From: a bacterium
Lineage (GTDB): Bacteria; CLD3; SB21
Length of the DNA stretch: 20,000 nucleotides
Assembly (NCBI GenBank): GCA_013360215.1
Contig: JABWCP010000016.1
Span: forward strand, 47,185 to 67,184
Reading direction: 5' to 3'
Shown piece after piece: positions 16,368 to 20,000 of this stretch. A program made the position numbers and the translations under genes. The stretch's first letter is position 1. Each line of letters begins with the position of its first letter. The notes beneath the pieces were generated by a model. It made no database searches. It was not told the DNA's origin and saw only the letters and a program-made list of their open reading frames with translations.

Positions 16368-19300
16368 TTAGTTTTTGATTACAGACGGTAAACGACCCGG
16401 CGTAAAAGGCGCGCCATAACGATCCATCTGCTGTTCTATGCGTTTGATCTCCGCATCAGTCTCCTGGAGTGCACGAAGTAATCCTTCAAATTGTGCAGCC
16501 GCCACGTCATACAAATGCTGAAATGTAGTTGTCGCATCCGATGTGGTAGTCCACAGATTACCGGTGATGATTTCGACGCGCCCCCGCAACGATGTCGGCG
16601 GCACACCTTCATACAGCGCACGCAATCCGTCACCATTCATTTGACGTTGAATACGTTTGAGTTTATCCTCTGCAGCGACCACAGCTGCATACGTTCCTTC
16701 GGGAAGCTTTGCCGTTTCGATCACGGCTTGTTTGAGCAACGGTATTTTCTCCACCATACTCTCACGGTAGGCATCCGCACTGCTGATAGCCCGGATCAGT
16801 TCGGCTACTTTTTTATTGAAGGCGTCTAATTTATTGCGATCCGCAACAGGTAAAGACGGTGTTAAAAGCGGTTTACAAATAAAGGATTGCGACACGCCGA
16901 GATCCGTCCATTGACCGGCTTCGTAGCGCGACACGGAAACCGTGTATTTTCCCGGAACCACCATATATCCCCGATCCGGATCATTCCAAGGTATGCTGTT
17001 ATCAAATGGCGTCAGAGAAATCGGGGTAAATACATTGGTTCGAAAATCCCACACGATACGATTGACGCCTTTCTGAACGGAAGTTTTAATGCGTCGTACA
17101 GGTTGGCCCAATTCATCTTTGATCGTAAAAACAAAAAACGGTTCTTGCTCATCCGCTTCATTGCGCAGTGTTTGATACGAAGGCAGTTCGATGTCCTCGC
17201 CTTTTTTCTGTTTTTCTTTTTCGGTATCGCGGCGTTTTTTCTTCAGCGACTTGTAATCGTCCTTAACGTAATACGTAAATACGGCGCCTGTTTCCGGATT
17301 CGGCGTTGCAAAAAAACCGGCACCCTGAAAACCCGTTCCGGGAAAACCAAACGGATTGGAAGGAATAAACATGGATGCCTCTTTGATCGGCAGTATGGCA
17401 ATATCTTTTTGTAACGTTTCTTTGGACAGGTGACGGAGCGGCGTATAATCGTCGAGAATATACATACCGCGACCAAACGTGGCGACGACCAAATCGTTTT
17501 CACGTTTTTGGATGGTCATGTCGGTGATCAATCCCGGAGGAATACCATTGTTAAACGCTACCCAGTCCTGACCTCCGGTATTGGAAACATACAGACCAAA
17601 CATGGTACCCACGAATAACAAATTAGGATCCACGTGATCTTCTGCAAAAGAATAGGTAGAACCTCTCTTGGGAAGATTGCCGTTGAGTAACGTCCACGTC
17701 TTCCCGCCATCGCTTGTTTTGAGCAAGTACGGTTTATTATCGCCGTCACCAAAATTGTGGCAAGCGGCATACGCCACGCGTCTGTTATGCGACGATGCGA
17801 CGATCGTATGAACGCGTGCAAACTCCGGTAACCCTCCCGTGGATGCGGGTTTATTCCACGTTTTACCGCCATCATCGGAATAATGAATCAATCCGTCGCC
17901 CGAACCGACGAAAAGAATATTGGGATCTATCGGCGATTCCGCGATGGCCGTAATATTGGCCAGCGAACCTTTAGAGGCCAGCTCATCATAACTCCAGCTC
18001 TTGCCCTGCATTTTGATTAATTTTTGCGGAACACCGCGCGTCAGATCGCCGCTCAGCAGTGTCCACGTATTGCCGCGATCGTCTGTTTTAAATAAACGAT
18101 GACCGCCGAAATACAATCGTTTGGGATCGTGATGTGAAATCAATAACGCCGCATCCCAATCAAAACGATAACCCACATCGGCCGTATCAATGGGTTTGAT
18201 AAAAAGTTGTTCACCCGTTTTTTTATCATAACGTACAAGCCCGCCATTTTGGGACTGCACATAAAGTATGTTTTCATCACTCCAGTCGGCTTGGGTTTCA
18301 AATCCGTCACCGCCTAAAGTAAACGTCCAATCTTGATTGGTCACTCCGGCCGATGAATTCGTTCTTGATGGTCCGAAGAAACTGTTATTGTCCTGCGTAC
18401 CCGCATAGACATGATAAAACGGAAGCGCCTGATCTATCGAAACTTTATACACTTCGGCAATGGGCATATTGGCTTTAAAATCCCAGGTTTTACCTTGATC
18501 TAATGATTCGTACACTCCGCCGTCACTTCCTGCAATCAGGTGTTTGGTGTTTATAGGATTAATCCAAAGCGCATGATTATCTACGTGTTTGTATTTCTCG
18601 CCAAGTTTGGACCAAGTCGCACCGCCATCACGGCTGATCTGATTAAAAACATCCATGCTGTAAACGGTATTCTCATCCTTGGGATCGCAAAATAATTCCT
18701 GAAAATAAAACGCATACGTCGAAACATAACTGCTGCGTTTGACCCAGCTCGCACCGCGGTCGCTGCTGCGGTACACACCGCCTTTTTCTTTGGCTTGCAC
18801 GATAGCATAAAGCACTTGAGGGTTGGAAGGCGCTATCGCCAGTCCGATTTTGCCCACATCTTCGGAAGGCAGTCCGGACATCACTTTTTGCCACGACACA
18901 CCGGCGTCCGTGCTGCGATAGATCGCACTCTCCGGCCCGCCTTGAACGGTAGCGTATAGTTTTTTGAACCGTTGATGCGCCACGGCATATAAAACTGACG
19001 AATTATTCGGATCCATATGGATTTGCCAAAATCCCGTATAGTCGCTCACATGAAGTACACGTGTCCAGGTTTTACCGCCGTCGGTGGTTTTATAAACACC
19101 ACGCTCACCACCGTCGTTACGAAACGGGCCATATGCCGCCGCATATACGGTATTGGAATTACGCGGGTCAATAACGATCCCGCCGATATGCTCTGAATTT
19201 TCGAGTCCCATATTTTTCCAACTTTTACCGCCGTCTTCGCTGCGATAAATACCGTCGCCAAAAATCACATTGGACTGTCCATTGCTTTCACCGGTGCCAA

Positions 19301-19625
19301 CCCACACGATATTGGAATTGGACGGATCCATCACCACACAACCGATAGAGTACGATTTTTGCCCATCGAATACCGGCGCGAACGTCGTCCCGCCATTAGT
19401 GGTTTTCCACAATGACCCGTGACCCGAAGCAACAAAATATTCCGCCGGATTGGCAGGATTAACCGCAATATCTACGATGCGGCCGCCGGCAAAAGCCGGG
19501 CCGATACTGCGAAACTGCAGTCCCGATAATGAAATGTTCTTGAGCGAATCCGCTTTGGTTTGCGCTTCCAACGCAAAACTCATGCAGCATGACACAATCA
19601 GAATAATACGCGTGATATGATTCAT
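16368..19625 (-). CDS. Secreted VPS10/sortilin-like BNR (Asp-box) beta-propeller protein, putative glycosyl hydrolase
   Basis: 1085 aa with a signal peptide and the family N-terminal motif FRSIGPAFAGGRI. About 11 Asp-boxes (YRSEDGGKSW, YKTTDGGKTW, YRSTDAGVSW, YRSSDRGASW, ISRDGGATW, YESLDQGKTW, FKTDDRGNTW, YSDDGGKTW, LKTSDGGKTW and others), HVDNHALWINP, GTQDN, GGDGF, LVVATFGRG. An Ig-like segment (GVNRIVWD...PGKYTV) and a C-terminal coiled coil follow. GAGGA Shine-Dalgarno. Confidence 0.88.
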   Translation of the reverse strand: MNHITRIILIVSCCMSFALEAQTKADSLKNISLSGLQFRSIGPAFAGGRIVDIAVNPANPAEYFVASGHGSLWKTTNGGTTFAPVFDGQKSYSIGCVVMDPSNSNIVWVGTGESNGQSNVIFGDGIYRSEDGGKSWKNMGLENSEHIGGIVIDPRNSNTVYAAAYGPFRNDGGERGVYKTTDGGKTWTRVLHVSDYTGFWQIHMDPNNSSVLYAVAHQRFKKLYATVQGGPESAIYRSTDAGVSWQKVMSGLPSEDVGKIGLAIAPSNPQVLYAIVQAKEKGGVYRSSDRGASWVKRSSYVSTYAFYFQELFCDPKDENTVYSMDVFNQISRDGGATWSKLGEKYKHVDNHALWINPINTKHLIAGSDGGVYESLDQGKTWDFKANMPIAEVYKVSIDQALPFYHVYAGTQDNNSFFGPSRTNSSAGVTNQDWTFTLGGDGFETQADWSDENILYVQSQNGGLVRYDKKTGEQLFIKPIDTADVGYRFDWDAALLISHHDPKRLYFGGHRLFKTDDRGNTWTLLSGDLTRGVPQKLIKMQGKSWSYDELASKGSLANITAIAESPIDPNILFVGSGDGLIHYSDDGGKTWNKPASTGGLPEFARVHTIVASSHNRRVAYAACHNFGDGDNKPYLLKTSDGGKTWTLLNGNLPKRGSTYSFAEDHVDPNLLFVGTMFGLYVSNTGGQDWVAFNNGIPPGLITDMTIQKRENDLVVATFGRGMYILDDYTPLRHLSKETLQKDIAILPIKEASMFIPSNPFGFPGTGFQGAGFFATPNPETGAVFTYYVKDDYKSLKKKRRDTEKEKQKKGEDIELPSYQTLRNEADEQEPFFVFTIKDELGQPVRRIKTSVQKGVNRIVWDFRTNVFTPISLTPFDNSIPWNDPDRGYMVVPGKYTVSVSRYEAGQWTDLGVSQSFICKPLLTPSLPVADRNKLDAFNKKVAELIRAISSADAYRESMVEKIPLLKQAVIETAKLPEGTYAAVVAAEDKLKRIQRQMNGDGLRALYEGVPPTSLRGRVEIITGNLWTTTSDATTTFQHLYDVAAAQFEGLLRALQETDAEIKRIEQQMDRYGAPFTPGRLPSVIKN

Positions 19626-19907
19626 AAAAAAATCCTCATGCGATGGGTTAAATAATAATGATTACTTGATATGACAAATCAATAAAGCAATGAAACCGAG
19701 ATACCAAAAAAGAAAGGACATAGGCATGTCATATTACGAAAAACACAGCCTATAGTTTCAGTTCGATGCCGGTTTATTGGTAAAATAAGTCTATGAATTT
19801 TTCGTATGAGAATAAAGGTTATTACCATGAACGCTTTAATACGAATAATCCGTCCGACGATGTGGAAAGCCGCCAACCTGAGAATACATGGTAAAGGAAA
19901 AAATAAC

Positions 19908-20000
19908 TATCTCGGCAAGGTAATAATGTCCTAATATAGCAAAGTAGAAATGTCGTGTTAGAAAGCCGTATTATTGTCTCCTAGTGAAGGAGGCAAGTAT
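19908..20000 (+). mobile_element. IS left end (ISNCY/IS1202-like), copy 2, with leader of a presumed transposase starting at the window edge
   Basis: TATCTCGGCAAGGTAATAATGTCCTAATATAGCAAAGTAGAAATGTCGTGTTAGAAAGCCG (19908-19968); the last 44 bp match copy 1 at 43/44. It is followed by TATTAT, a 9-bp hairpin, AGGAGG (19988-19993), 5 nt and 'AT' at 19999-20000. The transposase itself is not visible. Confidence 0.65.
19974..19996 (+). promoter_or_regulatory. Hairpin sequestering a Shine-Dalgarno sequence
   Basis: TTGTCTCCT (19974-19982), AGTGA loop, AGGAGGCAA (19988-19996): a 9-bp stem with one G-U pair that covers the whole AGGAGG. Confidence 0.65.

Noticed and set aside
16337-19872. Extra GAAAGCCG octamers at 16337-16344 and 19865-19872 matching the tail of the IS-like element
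   Set aside because: Only 8 bp with no flanking similarity. One is part of the terminator stem, and the matches are consistent with chance.
19679-19876. 65-aa minus-strand ORF upstream of the VPS10 gene
   Set aside because: Non-ATG start, no recognisable motif and no clear RBS; not supportable as a gene.

Overview
Window from a diderm bacterium (LolA, Wza/Wzc, secreted VPS10/BNR propeller protein). Clear GGAG/GAGG Shine-Dalgarno use suggests a non-Bacteroidia FCB-type lineage, which is an inference only. All 13 supportable CDSs are on the minus strand. In transcription order (right to left) they are: VPS10/BNR beta-propeller protein, comM/yifB, class I/II aminotransferase, gcvT, ftsK, lolA, LPG-synthase-TM/flippase-like protein, wza, wzc, NDP-sugar epimerase, wzx flippase, SAM methyltransferase and a GT-C (GT39/ArnT-like) membrane protein that runs off the left edge and is missing from the ORF track. 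The left ~3 kb is an AT-rich variable part of a Wzx/Wzy-type polysaccharide locus. The main unexplained structure is a 61-bp element with insertion-sequence-end architecture, a TGT terminus plus two 17-bp GCAAARTAGAAATGTCC repeats (ISNCY/IS1202-like). It occurs twice in direct orientation (14619-14679 and 19908-19968) and brackets exactly comM and the VPS10 gene. The right copy is followed by a candidate promoter, a hairpin-sequestered AGGAGG and 'AT' at the window edge, which suggests a transposase starts just outside the window.
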